Below, in pieces: positions 1-14,046 of a DNA stretch of 64,000 bases; the first letter of the stretch is position 1, and every line of letters starts with the position of its first letter. This DNA is from Magnetococcales bacterium. GTDB taxonomy: Bacteria > Pseudomonadota > Magnetococcia > Magnetococcales > Magnetaquicoccaceae. The DNA lies in assembly GCA_002753095.1 (NCBI GenBank), contig PDZU01000003.1, positions 40,946 to 104,945 on the forward strand. Direction: 5' to 3'. The notes beneath the pieces are model-generated. The model did not search any database. It was given only the letters and a program-made list of their open reading frames with translations, and was not told the DNA's origin. The position numbers and the translations under genes were made by a program.

Positions 1-182
1 GGCTGAACAGTTTCAATGACTGCTTTCCACTCAGCGCTGATCGTTCCATCAAATAAATACACAACAGCACCAACCGATAAACGCAGTGTCTTTAATAAAT
101 AGCGCTCTACTGCCTCATCTGGCAATACTGTTACACCATCTGCCAATGCGGTTGAGATGTGGACTCTCGGAATTGTCGGCAT
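1..182 (-). CDS. rsmE: 16S rRNA (uracil1498-N3)-methyltransferase RsmE, first ~60 codons only (gene runs off the left edge)
   Basis: My own reverse-strand translation from the ATG at 182-180 gives MPTIPRVHISTALADGVTVLPDEAVERYLLKTLRLSVGAVVYLFDGTISAEWKAVIETVQ. This fits the RsmE N-terminal pattern (M.IPR..., ..VLRl..G..i.lFDG). It is absent from the ORF track because the window edge truncates it. Confidence 0.45.
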   Translation of the reverse strand, partial: MPTIPRVHISTALADGVTVLPDEAVERYLLKTLRLSVGAVVYLFDGTISAEWKAVIETVQ

Positions 183-271
183 CACTCCAATCCTGTCATC
201 ATTTCAGAGGTAACACGATCTGGCCACTCAATACAGATCTTGGACATCCAGTATCAAATGCGCAGCAGATT

Positions 272-285
272 TTGATGCAAAGCAA
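272..285 (+). promoter_or_regulatory. FNR/CRP-family (NnrR/Dnr-like) box candidate TTGATgcaaAGCAA upstream of nnrS
   Basis: The 14-mer matches TTGAT-N4-ATCAA at 9 of 10 specified positions. It lies about 98 nt upstream of the nnrS start at 383, in a low-GC intergenic region. Confidence 0.3.
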
Positions 286-382
286 ACGGATCATGAAGCC
301 CCTTTTTAATTGATCTTAACGCAACAATGGGTTAATTTCAAAGCCGACACCAATGATGAATCACCATCCAAAAGGGAGTATC

Positions 383-1564
383 ATGAATCCATCTTCAGCA
401 CGCCAATCTGTTCTCTTTGCCTACGGCTTCCGCCCATTTTTTCTTGGTGCGGGCGTCTGGTCGCTTGCCATGATTTCGCTTTGGCTTTACCTGCTCAACA
501 GTGCCGATTCCACCCTGGATGCCATGCGCTCACCACTCTGGCATGGTCATGAAATGCTCTATGGCTTTATCGGGGCCAGCGCAGCAGGCTTTTTGCTGAC
601 AGCGTCGCCAAACTGGTCACGAAAACCAGCGCTGACTGGCACGCCACTGAAACTCCTCTTTCTCTCCTGGTTGCTCGGGCGCTTCAGCATGCTGTGTTCA
701 CCCTGGCTACCCGCTTGGCTGGTTGCAGGAGGTGACCTCCTATTTTGCATCGCCCTGGTGGCAACAACAACCCCAACGCTCTGGAATACCGGAAACAAGG
801 TACATCGCATTTTCCCGCTGTTGCTGGCTCTCCTGGCCCTTGGTAACCTTCTCTACCACGGGCAATTCGTTGGAATATGGCAGGAAAGTGCTCAGCGTGG
901 TCTTTATGTTGGCATCGACGCCATCGTCTTTTTTCTTGTGATGGTCGGCGGACATATCATGCCCATGTTTACCAGAAACGCTCTCGCCAATACAGAAATG
1001 TTACCACCCATTCCCATCAAACCAGCACTGGAAATCGCCGGCGCCGTCACTCTGACTGCCATCGTCCTCAGTGACCTATATGATCCCTACAACGCTGTCG
1101 GCGGGGTGATCCTGTGTGTAGCAGCACTCGTACAAGCGTGGCGACTCTCATTGTGGCATACCCTCAAGACGCTAAAAATTCCCATTCTCTGGGTTCTGCA
1201 TGTGGGATATGCATGGCTGGTCATTGGCCTCATGTTACGCGGGATCAGCCAAACCCTGCATTGGCTCCCACCGACAGCCGCTCTGCATGCCTTAACGATT
1301 GGCGCCATGGGCCTGTTCACTCTGGGTATCATGGGCCGTGTATCTCTTGCCCATACCGGTCGACCTTTGCAAGCCAGCTTTTCCTTTGCGCTCACCTTTT
1401 ACCTGATCATTGCCGCTGTTTGTATCCGCGTATTTGCCATATTAATCTGGCCAATGCAGGCGATTACTCTTTCTGCACTGCTATGGATTGGTGCATTTGC
1501 ACTGTTCATCGTCAATTTTGCAACAGCACTCACACAACCTCGGCCTGATGGTTTGCCTGGATAA
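383..1564 (+). CDS. nnrS: NnrS family heme/copper membrane protein
   Basis: The product is polytopic and hydrophobic. Its N-terminus LFAYGFRPFFLGAGVWSL is typical of NnrS proteins. I chose the ATG at 383 because AGGGAG lies 6 nt upstream; the track ORF begins at 353. Confidence 0.7.
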   Translation: MNPSSARQSVLFAYGFRPFFLGAGVWSLAMISLWLYLLNSADSTLDAMRSPLWHGHEMLYGFIGASAAGFLLTASPNWSRKPALTGTPLKLLFLSWLLGRFSMLCSPWLPAWLVAGGDLLFCIALVATTTPTLWNTGNKVHRIFPLLLALLALGNLLYHGQFVGIWQESAQRGLYVGIDAIVFFLVMVGGHIMPMFTRNALANTEMLPPIPIKPALEIAGAVTLTAIVLSDLYDPYNAVGGVILCVAALVQAWRLSLWHTLKTLKIPILWVLHVGYAWLVIGLMLRGISQTLHWLPPTAALHALTIGAMGLFTLGIMGRVSLAHTGRPLQASFSFALTFYLIIAAVCIRVFAILIWPMQAITLSALLWIGAFALFIVNFATALTQPRPDGLPG

Positions 1565-1580
1565 CCCGCTTTTTTATGCA

Positions 1581-1613
1581 GCGGTTGCTGATCACCAAGT
1601 GCTCAGCAACCGC
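1581..1613. terminator. Hairpin between convergent nnrS and ubiA (possible bidirectional terminator)
   Basis: There is an 11 bp perfect stem, gcggttgctga (1581-1591) pairing with tcagcaaccgc (1603-1613), with an 11 nt loop. A T-run (1570-1575) lies just upstream. Confidence 0.4.
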
Positions 1614-1620
1614 CAAATGA

Positions 1621-2487
1621 CTAGCCAAGTAAAATTCCCAGGAAAATAAGAGCACCCAACCATTTGTTGCTTAAAAAGGCCCGTAAATACTCTTGCCTGG
1701 ATGATACTCTGATCTGCCATAGCATATGCAGCATTACCAGAACCATGACCAAATAATAGGTGATGGAGAGAGAGAGCACAATACCTGCAGCAACCAGGAA
1801 TAAAAGCGTCAGCGCATACAGCAATGCCACCATCGCCAATGCCCATCGTCCAAACAAAATGGCTGTAGAGCGAACACCTATTTTTAAATCATCTTCAATG
1901 TCCATGAGTGCATAAAGCGTATCATACGCTGCAGCCCAGGTCAGGGTAGCCAAAAAGAGCAACCAGGCCACACCACTCAATTCCCCTGTCTGTGCGCCCC
2001 AGGCAACAATCACCCCCCAACCAAAAGCGGCCCCCAGATAAAATTGTGGCCAATGTACGAAACGCTTGGTAAAGGGATAACTGATCGCCAGAAATGCACC
2101 AACAACACTCAGTTCAATGGCAAAGGCATTCAAGGTAAGCGCCAGAAGCAATGCAATTGACAGAAGAACAAATAACACCCATTTGGCCACAGTGACCGAT
2201 AGACGACGCGAGGCCAGAGGTCGGTCCTTGGTCCGGGCGACCAAGGGATCAAAATCTTTATCTGCCAAGTCATTGATAACACACCCAGCCGAGCGCATAA
2301 TGAATGAGCCCAAAGCAAAGATAACAACCACAGGCCAATTTGGCAATTCCGGTTTCACTGAAGCAAATACTGACCACAGTGCCGGCCAAAGAACCAACCA
2401 AGTACCAATTGGCCGATCAACACGCATCAAGCGCAAAATCTCTCGTAATACTGGCCAGGGCAAGGTGTCAATCCAGTGCTTCATCAC
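1621..2487 (-). CDS. ubiA: 4-hydroxybenzoate polyprenyltransferase
   Basis: UbiA prenyltransferase motifs are present: NDLADKDFD plus a second Asp-rich motif YALMDIEDD. The product is 288 aa and polytopic. Confidence 0.85.
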   Translation of the reverse strand: MMKHWIDTLPWPVLREILRLMRVDRPIGTWLVLWPALWSVFASVKPELPNWPVVVIFALGSFIMRSAGCVINDLADKDFDPLVARTKDRPLASRRLSVTVAKWVLFVLLSIALLLALTLNAFAIELSVVGAFLAISYPFTKRFVHWPQFYLGAAFGWGVIVAWGAQTGELSGVAWLLFLATLTWAAAYDTLYALMDIEDDLKIGVRSTAILFGRWALAMVALLYALTLLFLVAAGIVLSLSITYYLVMVLVMLHMLWQIRVSSRQEYLRAFLSNKWLGALIFLGILLG

Positions 2488-3103
2488 AACATCCCGTCAG
2501 AAATAGCTCTACAATACGCGCGCGAAATTGGCTGTTAACCTGAAATATGGAGCGCCGGCACCAATATGCCGTCTGCAAATCTTCCTGATTTCTAAGCGCC
2601 AACTCTGGAACATTGGCCTGCGCAATCTGCAAGTCCGTCCTCTCTACAACACCAGAGCGCTCGTGAAACAGCAAACCGAGAGGCTCCTCCCCCTCTTCAA
2701 TGGCGGTACAGAGATCGTCCGATAAATTCTGCAGAGAGAGCTCGGAGTAGGCCAGAATCAGTTCTCTGTCCTCCTGCAGCAACCAGGCAGTACGGGATAA
2801 TATGGGCATACTTACTGGCAGTAGACGCTGACCACTCCACCACACATTTGACCCAGCCGATCCGTTCGGAAGGCGATACTGCTTTTCAATGCGGACTTGG
2901 ATCGGTATCTTGGCACTCTGCTGCAGATGGAGCGTCAAGGAATCAAGGCAACACAGCGCGGCGCGCAAACGCATGGAGTGCGGACTGGCGTGGCAGGCAA
3001 AATAGCGCTCAGGCTCCTGCCAGTCATGGAGCAACTTCAGGGCATAGGGAGAATTATCCACTTGTAACACAACCCGTACCTTCCTGTAGGTGTGGGCAGA
3101 CAC
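2468..3103 (-). CDS. ubiC: Chorismate pyruvate-lyase (UbiC-like)
   Basis: The gene overlaps the ubiA start by 20 nt. The C-terminal half carries the UbiC pattern: EPLGLLF, then YWCRRS, then IVELFL (compare E. coli PLGRYLF...WGRRS...LTELFL). It uses a GTG start. Confidence 0.5.
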   Translation of the reverse strand: MSAHTYRKVRVVLQVDNSPYALKLLHDWQEPERYFACHASPHSMRLRAALCCLDSLTLHLQQSAKIPIQVRIEKQYRLPNGSAGSNVWWSGQRLLPVSMPILSRTAWLLQEDRELILAYSELSLQNLSDDLCTAIEEGEEPLGLLFHERSGVVERTDLQIAQANVPELALRNQEDLQTAYWCRRSIFQVNSQFRARIVELFLTGCCDEALD

Positions 3104-3135
3104 GTATAAAACCTGACTGAATCAACGCCGTGAAT

Positions 3136-5010
3136 TCATGTGTCTCTGTTCATACTGTTGCTCTGCAAATAGACCATCAAAAGGGAGATGGCTGCCGGCG
3201 TCATGCCAGGGATGCGACTGGCCTGACCCAAATTGACAGGGCGCACCCGATCAAGCTTTTGTTGCAATTCAATAGACAATCCAGGGATCTGCTGCCATGC
3301 CATGTCAAGCGGTATACGCACCGCTTCCACATGCTTTAATCGGTCGGCATCGCTCTCCTGTTTGGACAGATACCCTTCATAGCGAATATCAGTCAACACC
3401 CTTTCCAGCAAATCGTCCCTTAAATGATGCAATCCCACCTGTGCGAGGATCTGCGCGCTGTCAACATCTTCTCGCTTTAACCACTCCCAGGCGGTACGAC
3501 TTTCCGGCATCTTCTCGCCTTGCTCACGGCTGTCTGCCGAACAGATACGAACCGTTTTTACCTTCTCGCCCTGCAAACGCACCTTTATCTGTGCAATGTG
3601 CGCCATTTTTTCGGAAAAAATCTGCCAGCGCTGTGCATCCACCAGACCAAGCGTGTGCGCCAGTGGCGTCAACCGTTCATCTGCATTGTCAATGCGCAAC
3701 AGCAAACGAAATTCCGCTCTGGACGTAAACATGCGATAGGGTTCATCGACCCCCTGGGTAATCAGGTCATCAATCATGACACCCAAATAGGCTTGCGATC
3801 GGTCGATGTGAACGGGAGGCTGATTTTGACAAAAGCGTGCTGCCTGCATGCCCGCATACAACCCCTGCGCTGCCGCCTCTTCATAGCCGGTCGTACCGTT
3901 GATCTGCCCGGCAAGGTACAACCCCTGTACACCCTTGACCGCCAGGCAATCATCCAGTTGACGCGGATCGGCCATGTCATACTCAATGGCATAGCCAGGG
4001 CGCAGGATTTCTACATGCTCCAACCCCTCAATGGATCGCACCATCTGCCACTGGACATCGATAGGCAGACTGGTTGAGATGCCGTTGGGATAAATTTCCT
4101 TGGTATGATACCCTTCAGGCTCCAGAAAAATTTGATGCGAATCCCGCTCGGCAAAACGGACGACCTTGTCCTCGATAGATGGACAGTAACGCGGGCCAAC
4201 ACCCTGAATCTGCCCGGAGAACAAAGGGGCTCGGTGGATGTTGGCACGAATAATCTCCTGCGTCAGAGGTGTCGTGCGGGTGATATGGCAAGGAATCTGT
4301 TTTCTGGTGATGGCCTGCGTCATGAAGGAAAATGGGACCGGTGGATCATCTCCCGGCTGCACCGCACAGCGCTGCCAATCAATGGTATTGCCATCTAAGC
4401 GTGGTGGTGTTCCCGTCTTTAAACGCTGCAATTGCAATCCCACATCAAGCAGTGACGCGCTCAGAGATAGGCTTGCAGCATCACCCAAGCGACCGGTAGA
4501 AAAAGTTCTCGTGCCAATATGGCCTAAACCACGTAAAAATGTCCCAGTGGTCACGATAACAGCCTGACATGGATAGCTCTCCTGCCAGTCTGTCTCTACC
4601 CCTGTCATGCGCTCACCCTGCCAGAGTAAACGGACTACTTCTCCCTGACGCAAGGTCAAATTTGGCTGATTATCCAAGGCAGCACGCATCTCCCTGCGAT
4701 AATCCACCTTATCCATCTGTGCCCTTGGTCCACGCACAGCAGGCCCCTTGCGTCGGTTCAGCAAACGAAACTGTATACCGGCACGATCGGCTACAACACC
4801 CATAAGGCCGCCCAGAGCATCAAGTTCCCGCACCAAATGCCCCTTCCCCAAACCACCAATGGCCGGATTGCAAGACATCTGACCAACGGTATCCAAATTC
4901 TGTGTCAATAGCAGGGTTTTCACACCCATGCGGGCTGCCGCAGCCGCTGCTTCACAACCAGCATGCCCTGCACCAATAACAATCACATCATATTTCCGCT
5001 CTGCGTTCAC
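3136..5010 (-). CDS. mnmG: tRNA uridine 5-carboxymethylaminomethyl modification enzyme MnmG (GidA)
   Basis: The FAD motif [16 protein letters not shown] and MnmG-like sequence run through the whole ORF. The start is set to the GTG at 5010, which has GAGAGGAAG upstream. The track ORF extends to 5085 and would overlap mnmE. Confidence 0.95.
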   Translation of the reverse strand: MNAERKYDVIVIGAGHAGCEAAAAAARMGVKTLLLTQNLDTVGQMSCNPAIGGLGKGHLVRELDALGGLMGVVADRAGIQFRLLNRRKGPAVRGPRAQMDKVDYRREMRAALDNQPNLTLRQGEVVRLLWQGERMTGVETDWQESYPCQAVIVTTGTFLRGLGHIGTRTFSTGRLGDAASLSLSASLLDVGLQLQRLKTGTPPRLDGNTIDWQRCAVQPGDDPPVPFSFMTQAITRKQIPCHITRTTPLTQEIIRANIHRAPLFSGQIQGVGPRYCPSIEDKVVRFAERDSHQIFLEPEGYHTKEIYPNGISTSLPIDVQWQMVRSIEGLEHVEILRPGYAIEYDMADPRQLDDCLAVKGVQGLYLAGQINGTTGYEEAAAQGLYAGMQAARFCQNQPPVHIDRSQAYLGVMIDDLITQGVDEPYRMFTSRAEFRLLLRIDNADERLTPLAHTLGLVDAQRWQIFSEKMAHIAQIKVRLQGEKVKTVRICSADSREQGEKMPESRTAWEWLKREDVDSAQILAQVGLHHLRDDLLERVLTDIRYEGYLSKQESDADRLKHVEAVRIPLDMAWQQIPGLSIELQQKLDRVRPVNLGQASRIPGMTPAAISLLMVYLQSNSMNRDT

Positions 5011-5069
5011 GACGCTTCCTCTCAAAGGTTCCACGTGAAACCACACAAAACTGTCTGGTGCTTTACACC

Positions 5070-6476
5070 CTATTTTCCGATACAAAAGCGGGAAAAAATG
5101 CGCTCCAATAATGCGTCATAGTGGGTTTCACCGAGAAGCTCGCCCATCACCTGCAAAGCACTGCGCAAGTGCAAGGCAACCAGTTCGCCCTGCGGCTGTA
5201 ACTGTTTCAGCAGTTCCATGGCTGTACTGACCTGTTCCAGGCAACTTTGCACAATTGCACGTTGCCGCTCTTGCAACAATATCGTACCCTCCTCAGCGCC
5301 GGGTTGGCGAGTAAACCGCTCCAGAACCATCGCACGCAGGGAATCCACTCCTGAACCACTGTGACAAGAGAGTGCCACCACACCATACTCCGCACCAAGC
5401 GGTGATACGACAGAGGGGGGGGCAGGCAACAAATCTACCTTATTGGCAACCAACAGAATGCGGTCCACACCAAGCTCCAAGGCCATTTGCTGCTCAGCAA
5501 GAGTGATTCCCTCACGCACGTCGTAGACCAATAATACTGCATCGGCCTTGGCGATACGCTCCTTCGCTCTGCGAATACCCTCTTGCTCTACCCAATCAGA
5601 ACTGTCTCGCAAGCCAGCTGTATCCGCCAAGACAATCGCCACACCCGACCACTCCACTCCATACTCATTCACGTCTCGCGTGGTACCGGGAATATCGGTC
5701 ACAATGGCCCTGTCCCGCTCGATCAGCGCATTAAACAGACTTGATTTACCCACATTCGGCTGCCCGGCAATGACAATGTCCAAACCCTCTTGCCATTGTC
5801 TGCCGGTACGTCCACCCGCTTGCAACCGCTGCAGCATACGCAGAAGCTCCGACAAACGACCATGCAAATGCATGAATGAGTCTGTCTCAAGCTCTTCATC
5901 CGAAAAATCCAACTCTGCCTCTACCTGAACCAATACCTCAAGGAGACTCTCTCGCAAAACAGACCAACGCTCTGCCAACGACCCTTGCAGCTGTCTGGCC
6001 GCCTCACGCGCTGCCTTCAAAGAGGTGGCATGGATCAGGGCCATCACGGCTTCAGCGCGGCTAAAATCCATTTTACCATTCAGGAAAGCGCGACGAGAGA
6101 ACTCTCCTGGCTGGGCAATACGCACGCCCAATTGACCAAGAAGATACAAAAGGCGCTTGATCACCACAGGGGAACCATGCGTGTGAATTTCAAACAACGA
6201 CTCACCGGTAAATGAATTTGGTCCAGGAAAAAACACAACCAACGCCTGGTCCAATAAATCACCGCTCTCTGGATCCAAAATATGCACCAACACCATTGTA
6301 CGCGGGCGCAATTGATCCACAGCCAACGCCGATCCACGACTGGTCCGCAATATTGGCAAAAGAGTGCTAGGTAAACCAGCACCACTCAACCGCAATACAG
6401 CCACTCCTGAACTGCCCGCAGGTGTTGCCAAACCAACAATCAATTCATCCTGTTCCCGCAGCATTGACAGCATCAT
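5070..6476 (-). CDS. mnmE: tRNA modification GTPase MnmE (TrmE)
   Basis: G-domain motifs GQPNVGKSS and DTAGLR are present, and the protein ends in the MnmE-specific CIGK tail. Confidence 0.95.
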   Translation of the reverse strand: MMLSMLREQDELIVGLATPAGSSGVAVLRLSGAGLPSTLLPILRTSRGSALAVDQLRPRTMVLVHILDPESGDLLDQALVVFFPGPNSFTGESLFEIHTHGSPVVIKRLLYLLGQLGVRIAQPGEFSRRAFLNGKMDFSRAEAVMALIHATSLKAAREAARQLQGSLAERWSVLRESLLEVLVQVEAELDFSDEELETDSFMHLHGRLSELLRMLQRLQAGGRTGRQWQEGLDIVIAGQPNVGKSSLFNALIERDRAIVTDIPGTTRDVNEYGVEWSGVAIVLADTAGLRDSSDWVEQEGIRRAKERIAKADAVLLVYDVREGITLAEQQMALELGVDRILLVANKVDLLPAPPSVVSPLGAEYGVVALSCHSGSGVDSLRAMVLERFTRQPGAEEGTILLQERQRAIVQSCLEQVSTAMELLKQLQPQGELVALHLRSALQVMGELLGETHYDALLERIFSRFCIGK

Positions 6477-6559
6477 CTATACACCTCATGGAGAGTGGCT
6501 TTGGCACCCCGTTTATAGCACCGTTGACCTACCCCGTAAATCCGGCGTTCACTTGTGGT

Positions 6560-7234
6560 TCATGAACCATTGGTAAAGTGGCATGGACGGCAGGACAACG
6601 GTTCTTTGGCAGCAGATAATGCCGCACCGATTGCGGCACGGGAAATGGCACCGTCCCGCACGATCTGCCAGCGATCACCCTCCACGCGGATGATTGTCGA
6701 GGGTAGGGCATTCAACGCGATCTGACCCGGCAAAATGCACGCCAATTCTCGCCCCCAAAGCTTCTCGATTTCGGCAGAGGTTGTCAAAGGTGGCGCACCG
6801 CTGCGGTTGGCGCTGGTAGAGATCAATGGTTTATCCCACCTCTGCATCAACGCCTGCACCAAAGGCGAAGAGGAGTGCCGTACAGCGACCCAATCGCCCC
6901 CCCCAGATACACTCACTGGGATAGCTTTCCTTGCAGGGAACAAGATTGTCAAAGGTCCAGGCCAGAAGAGATCAATCAATTGACGTGCCAAAGGCGAAAC
7001 TTCCCGAGTCAAACTTGGTAGAACCTGACGATTCGGAACCAACAATACGAGACCTTTGCAGGCATCCCTGCCCTTCATACGTAATAGATTCTCCACCGCC
7101 ACTGGTTGCCATGGGTCAACGGCCAACCCGTACACGGTTTCGGTGGCATGTGCAACGATCAGCCCATCCCGCAAGGCACAGCAAGCAGAATGTAACTTAT
7201 CTTCAACGATATAAAAATTCAGATTATTATCCAT
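6560..7234 (-). CDS. tsaC: L-threonylcarbamoyladenylate synthase, TsaC/YrdC family
   Basis: YrdC-domain signatures are present (ATETVYGLAVDP, SANRSG). At 224 aa there is no Sua5 C-terminal domain. Confidence 0.8.
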   Translation of the reverse strand: MDNNLNFYIVEDKLHSACCALRDGLIVAHATETVYGLAVDPWQPVAVENLLRMKGRDACKGLVLLVPNRQVLPSLTREVSPLARQLIDLFWPGPLTILFPARKAIPVSVSGGGDWVAVRHSSSPLVQALMQRWDKPLISTSANRSGAPPLTTSAEIEKLWGRELACILPGQIALNALPSTIIRVEGDRWQIVRDGAISRAAIGAALSAAKEPLSCRPCHFTNGS

Positions 7235-7442
7235 ATTTCTCGATATTTACCCATCAATAAACCCCTACCCAGCAGCAAACCTGCAACACCTTCAGAGAGG
7301 GAGAAACATTTAGGTTACGATTTTTAAAAAAAGGCGGTTGAACCTTTCCGGTAACTATGTTAAACCTCTCAGACGTCCTCAGGGAACCCTATACGAGTTT
7401 CTCTTCTGGGTAAACACGTTTTGACGGGAGGAATCGTTCGCC

Positions 7443-9583
<2,141 letters not shown>

Positions 9584-9628
9584 TCTGTGGCGGATTGAGA
9601 CGTGTTTCCTATTGGGAGTCGTTAAGAG

Positions 9629-10516
9629 ATGGCGAGTCTGAAGGCCTTACGGCAACGCATCCGCTCGGTGAACAATACGCGGCAGATTACCAAGGCCATG
9701 AAAATGGTTGCTGCCGCCAAGTTGCGCCGCTCACAAGAACGGGCCATGGCAACCCGCCCTTACAGCCAGCAAATGGGGCGCATGGTACAGTCCATTGCCT
9801 CTCGCGTGAGCAAGGATTCGGCCCCGCCACTCTTGGCAGGTCGACCGGAGCCTGTCAAGAAGGTGGAGTTGGTCGTTTTTACCGCAGACCGTGGTTTATG
9901 CGGCAGTTTCAACAGCAGCGTTATTCGTGCGGTGCGCGGCAAGATCGCTGAGTTGCAGGCCAATGGCTTTGAGGTTTCCATTACCTGTGTGGGTCGCAAG
10001 GGCAATGATGTTCTGAAGCGTACTTTTGGACATCTGATTCATCGCGTTCATACGGCGGTCAACAGGGGACTGACCTTTGAAAAGACTGAGCAAGAGATTG
10101 CGCAGCCTCTTTTGCATGACTACGAGACGGAGCGCTTTGATTCCTGCTTTATCGTGTACAATGCGTTTATTTCAGCGATGACCCAGGAGTTAACTTGGCG
10201 TCAGATCATTCCCGTACCGGAAGCGGCAAAAGAGACGGAGAACGACGCTGTGGCTGCGCCGCCCTGTTATGAACCGGACGAAGAGGAGATTCTGGCGGAT
10301 CTCCTGCCACGCAATATTACTGTACAGATTTATCAAGCCTTGGTCGAATCGGATGCCTCGGAGAACGGTGCCCGGATGACCGCTATGGATAATGCTGTTC
10401 GGAATGCGGGTGGCATGCTGCGGCGTTTGCGGACCACCTACAACCGCAGTCGACAAGCAGCCATCACGACCGAGTTGATGGAAATTATCAGTGGATCCGA
10501 ATCGTTAAAAGGCTGA
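9629..10516 (+). CDS. atpG: F1 ATP synthase subunit gamma
   Basis: The N-terminus is MASLKALRQRIRSVNNTRQITKAMKMVAAAKLRR and the C-terminus contains ITTELMEIISG. Confidence 0.95.
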   Translation: MASLKALRQRIRSVNNTRQITKAMKMVAAAKLRRSQERAMATRPYSQQMGRMVQSIASRVSKDSAPPLLAGRPEPVKKVELVVFTADRGLCGSFNSSVIRAVRGKIAELQANGFEVSITCVGRKGNDVLKRTFGHLIHRVHTAVNRGLTFEKTEQEIAQPLLHDYETERFDSCFIVYNAFISAMTQELTWRQIIPVPEAAKETENDAVAAPPCYEPDEEEILADLLPRNITVQIYQALVESDASENGARMTAMDNAVRNAGGMLRRLRTTYNRSRQAAITTELMEIISGSESLKG

Positions 10517-10546
10517 TCGGAAACAGGTTCGTAATTGCCAGCATGA

Positions 10547-11980
<1,434 letters not shown>

Positions 11981-12032
11981 TGTACGTTATCTGATAACCA
12001 GCGAGCAGGCTGCTTGATTCAGGAGAGGCTAC

Positions 12033-12449
12033 GTGGCTGTCACCTTTCAATTCGATCTGGTTACTCCAGACAAACAGGTTCTCTCGCAACAGGAGGTCAT
12101 GTTGACCATTCCTGGAGCAGATGGCTATTTTGGTGTGTTGCCGGGCCATACACCGTTGGTTTCCCTTCTGAACATGGGTATCTTGACGGTTGGTGAAGGC
12201 AAGGAGGCGGTACGCTATGCTTTGGCGGGGGGGTATGCCGAAGTGTTGCCCAATCGTACCACGATCCTGGCAGATCGGGTGCAGTGCTGGGATAGCGTGG
12301 ATGTGGCGGCGGTTGAGAAGGAAAAGGGTGCAGCCAGTGAACAGGAGCTGGCGAGTCGTGAAGAGGAAAGCAAGAACAAGTTCTGGAAAAAGCAGATGGC
12401 ATTTGCTGACCTTTGTCTGGATGTACACAGACAGTATCAGGAGCGGTAG
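12033..12449 (+). CDS. atpC: F1 ATP synthase subunit epsilon
   Basis: It is the last gene of the operon, 138 aa long, and contains the epsilon-type motif GYFGVLPGHTPL. Confidence 0.9.
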   Translation: MAVTFQFDLVTPDKQVLSQQEVMLTIPGADGYFGVLPGHTPLVSLLNMGILTVGEGKEAVRYALAGGYAEVLPNRTTILADRVQCWDSVDVAAVEKEKGAASEQELASREEESKNKFWKKQMAFADLCLDVHRQYQER

Positions 12450-12482
12450 TGCGCTATTCTGAGACATAGAGGTGACTGCGCT

Positions 12483-12518
12483 GAGGGGGGAGAAGTGTTT
12501 GCCCCCCTCGCTTTTTTT
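12483..12518 (+). terminator. Rho-independent terminator after atpC
   Basis: An 8 bp GC stem, gagggggg (12483-12490) pairing with cccccctc (12502-12509), is followed by a T7 run at 12512-12518. Confidence 0.65.
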
Positions 12519-12558
12519 ACGGCGGCAATTTCAATCAGTACCAGTGGGTACTCGTCCT

Positions 12559-13926
12559 ATGGAAAGTTGTGCAATTCTGATTCTCGCCGCTGGGCATGGC
12601 ACCCGGATGCGCTCCTCGTTGGCAAAGGTGTTGCATCCGCTGGCAGGTCGCCCACTTCTTGGCCACATTCTGAATACTGTTCGACAATTACAGCCTGTGT
12701 GTCTGGCGGTCGTGGTTGGCCATCAGGCAGAACGGGTTAAGGCTGCATTTGCTGACGAGGCCATTGAGTGGGTGTTGCAAGCAGAGCAACTGGGCACAGC
12801 GCATGCGGTGCGGTGTGCTTTGCCGGTTCTGGCTGGCCATTCTGGAGAGTTGATCATACTCAGTGGTGACACTCCTCTGATTGAATTGGAGCTCTTGCAA
12901 AGACTATTGCAGCAACACCGTGCGCAAAAGAGTGGTGTCACCGTACTGAGCACCACACACGACAATCCAGCTGGATATGGACGCATTGTGCGCAATCCAG
13001 GGGGGAAGTTGCTGCGTATTGTGGAGGAGAAGGATGCTTCTGCGGCGGAGAAGGGGATCACAGAGGTCAACAGTGGCGTTTATTGTGTCGATTTGCGCCG
13101 CTTACCGACTTGGTTGCAACAAATCTCCGCCAATAATGCGCAAAGAGAGTACTATTTGCCGGATCTTCTGGCTTTGGCGGTGCAGGAGTCGTGTGCAGGA
13201 GTTCTGCATCATGGCGACGCCCTCTCTCTTGCTGGTGTGAATGACCGCCAGCAACTTTCCGTGCTGGAACGGGTCATGCGGGATCGCCTGGTAAACCATT
13301 GGCAGAGTAGGGGAGTGACCTTTACGGATCCGGCTTCGTGTTGGTTGGCGGATGATGTGGCCATTGGTGCGGATACGGTGATCTCGCCCAATGTGATCCT
13401 TGGCAGCGAAACGATTATCGGCGAGGCGTGTTGGATTGGTCCTTTTTCTGAAATTCGGCACAGTCAGATTGGCTCTGGGTGTCGGATCAAAGGTTTCAGC
13501 CATTTGGAGGGGGTCGTTCTGGATGGCAACAATGAGGTTGGGCCGTTTGCCCGGTTACGTCCAGGCACGGTCCTGGCAGAAGCCGCCCGGGTTGGCAATT
13601 TTTGTGAACTGAAAAAGGCCCATATTGGCGAGGGTAGTAAAATCAGCCATCTCTCTTACATTGGTGATACCAGCATGGGCCGCAATGTCAATGTGGGAGC
13701 TGGGACAATCACGTGTAACTATGATGGCCAAAACAAGCACAAAACGATCATTGAGGAGGGGGTATTCATCGGTTCCGACACGCAGTTGGTAGCCCCTGTT
13801 CGCATTGGCGCCCATGCCACCATTGGGGCCGGCTCCACCATCACCAAAGAGGTTCCTGCCGACTCCCTGGCGGTATCCCGCGTTGCACAAACCCACATCG
13901 CACAGTGGAAAAAGAGAAAGATATAG
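12559..13926 (+). CDS. glmU: Bifunctional UDP-N-acetylglucosamine pyrophosphorylase / glucosamine-1-phosphate N-acetyltransferase
   Basis: The N-terminal motif LILAAGHGTRMRS and C-terminal hexapeptide repeats are present. The start is moved to the ATG at 12559, because the track start at 12472 lies inside the atpC terminator. Confidence 0.93.
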   Translation: MESCAILILAAGHGTRMRSSLAKVLHPLAGRPLLGHILNTVRQLQPVCLAVVVGHQAERVKAAFADEAIEWVLQAEQLGTAHAVRCALPVLAGHSGELIILSGDTPLIELELLQRLLQQHRAQKSGVTVLSTTHDNPAGYGRIVRNPGGKLLRIVEEKDASAAEKGITEVNSGVYCVDLRRLPTWLQQISANNAQREYYLPDLLALAVQESCAGVLHHGDALSLAGVNDRQQLSVLERVMRDRLVNHWQSRGVTFTDPASCWLADDVAIGADTVISPNVILGSETIIGEACWIGPFSEIRHSQIGSGCRIKGFSHLEGVVLDGNNEVGPFARLRPGTVLAEAARVGNFCELKKAHIGEGSKISHLSYIGDTSMGRNVNVGAGTITCNYDGQNKHKTIIEEGVFIGSDTQLVAPVRIGAHATIGAGSTITKEVPADSLAVSRVAQTHIAQWKKRKI

Positions 13927-14046
13927 GTTACAATAAGCAGACTATTGAATACTGTAGCCTCAGTCACTCCTTAAACCCCAGTGCGATCTTCGCTTGCCCA
14001 TGCCTGATGGCGACGGTCCAACCGTTGATCGATAGGTTTCCAATTC

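Noticed and set aside
12472-12558. Annotated-looking N-terminal extensions from the ORF track: glmU from 12472, mnmG to 5085, ccmE to 30689, hemA to 38704, dnaQ to 49092, ppiC from 15821, the HU gene from 63186, the DUF1640 gene from 39379, and hemE to 53008.
   Set aside because: In each case the extension overlaps a terminator or the neighbouring gene, uses a non-ATG start, or has no counterpart in the conserved family N-terminus. An internal start with a Shine-Dalgarno sequence aligns with the family N-terminus instead.
13927-14046. A glmS ribozyme was considered upstream of glmS.
   Set aside because: This regulatory RNA is characteristic of Gram-positive bacteria. The 120 nt spacer shows none of the conserved core sequence or nested pseudoknot pairing that I could trace.
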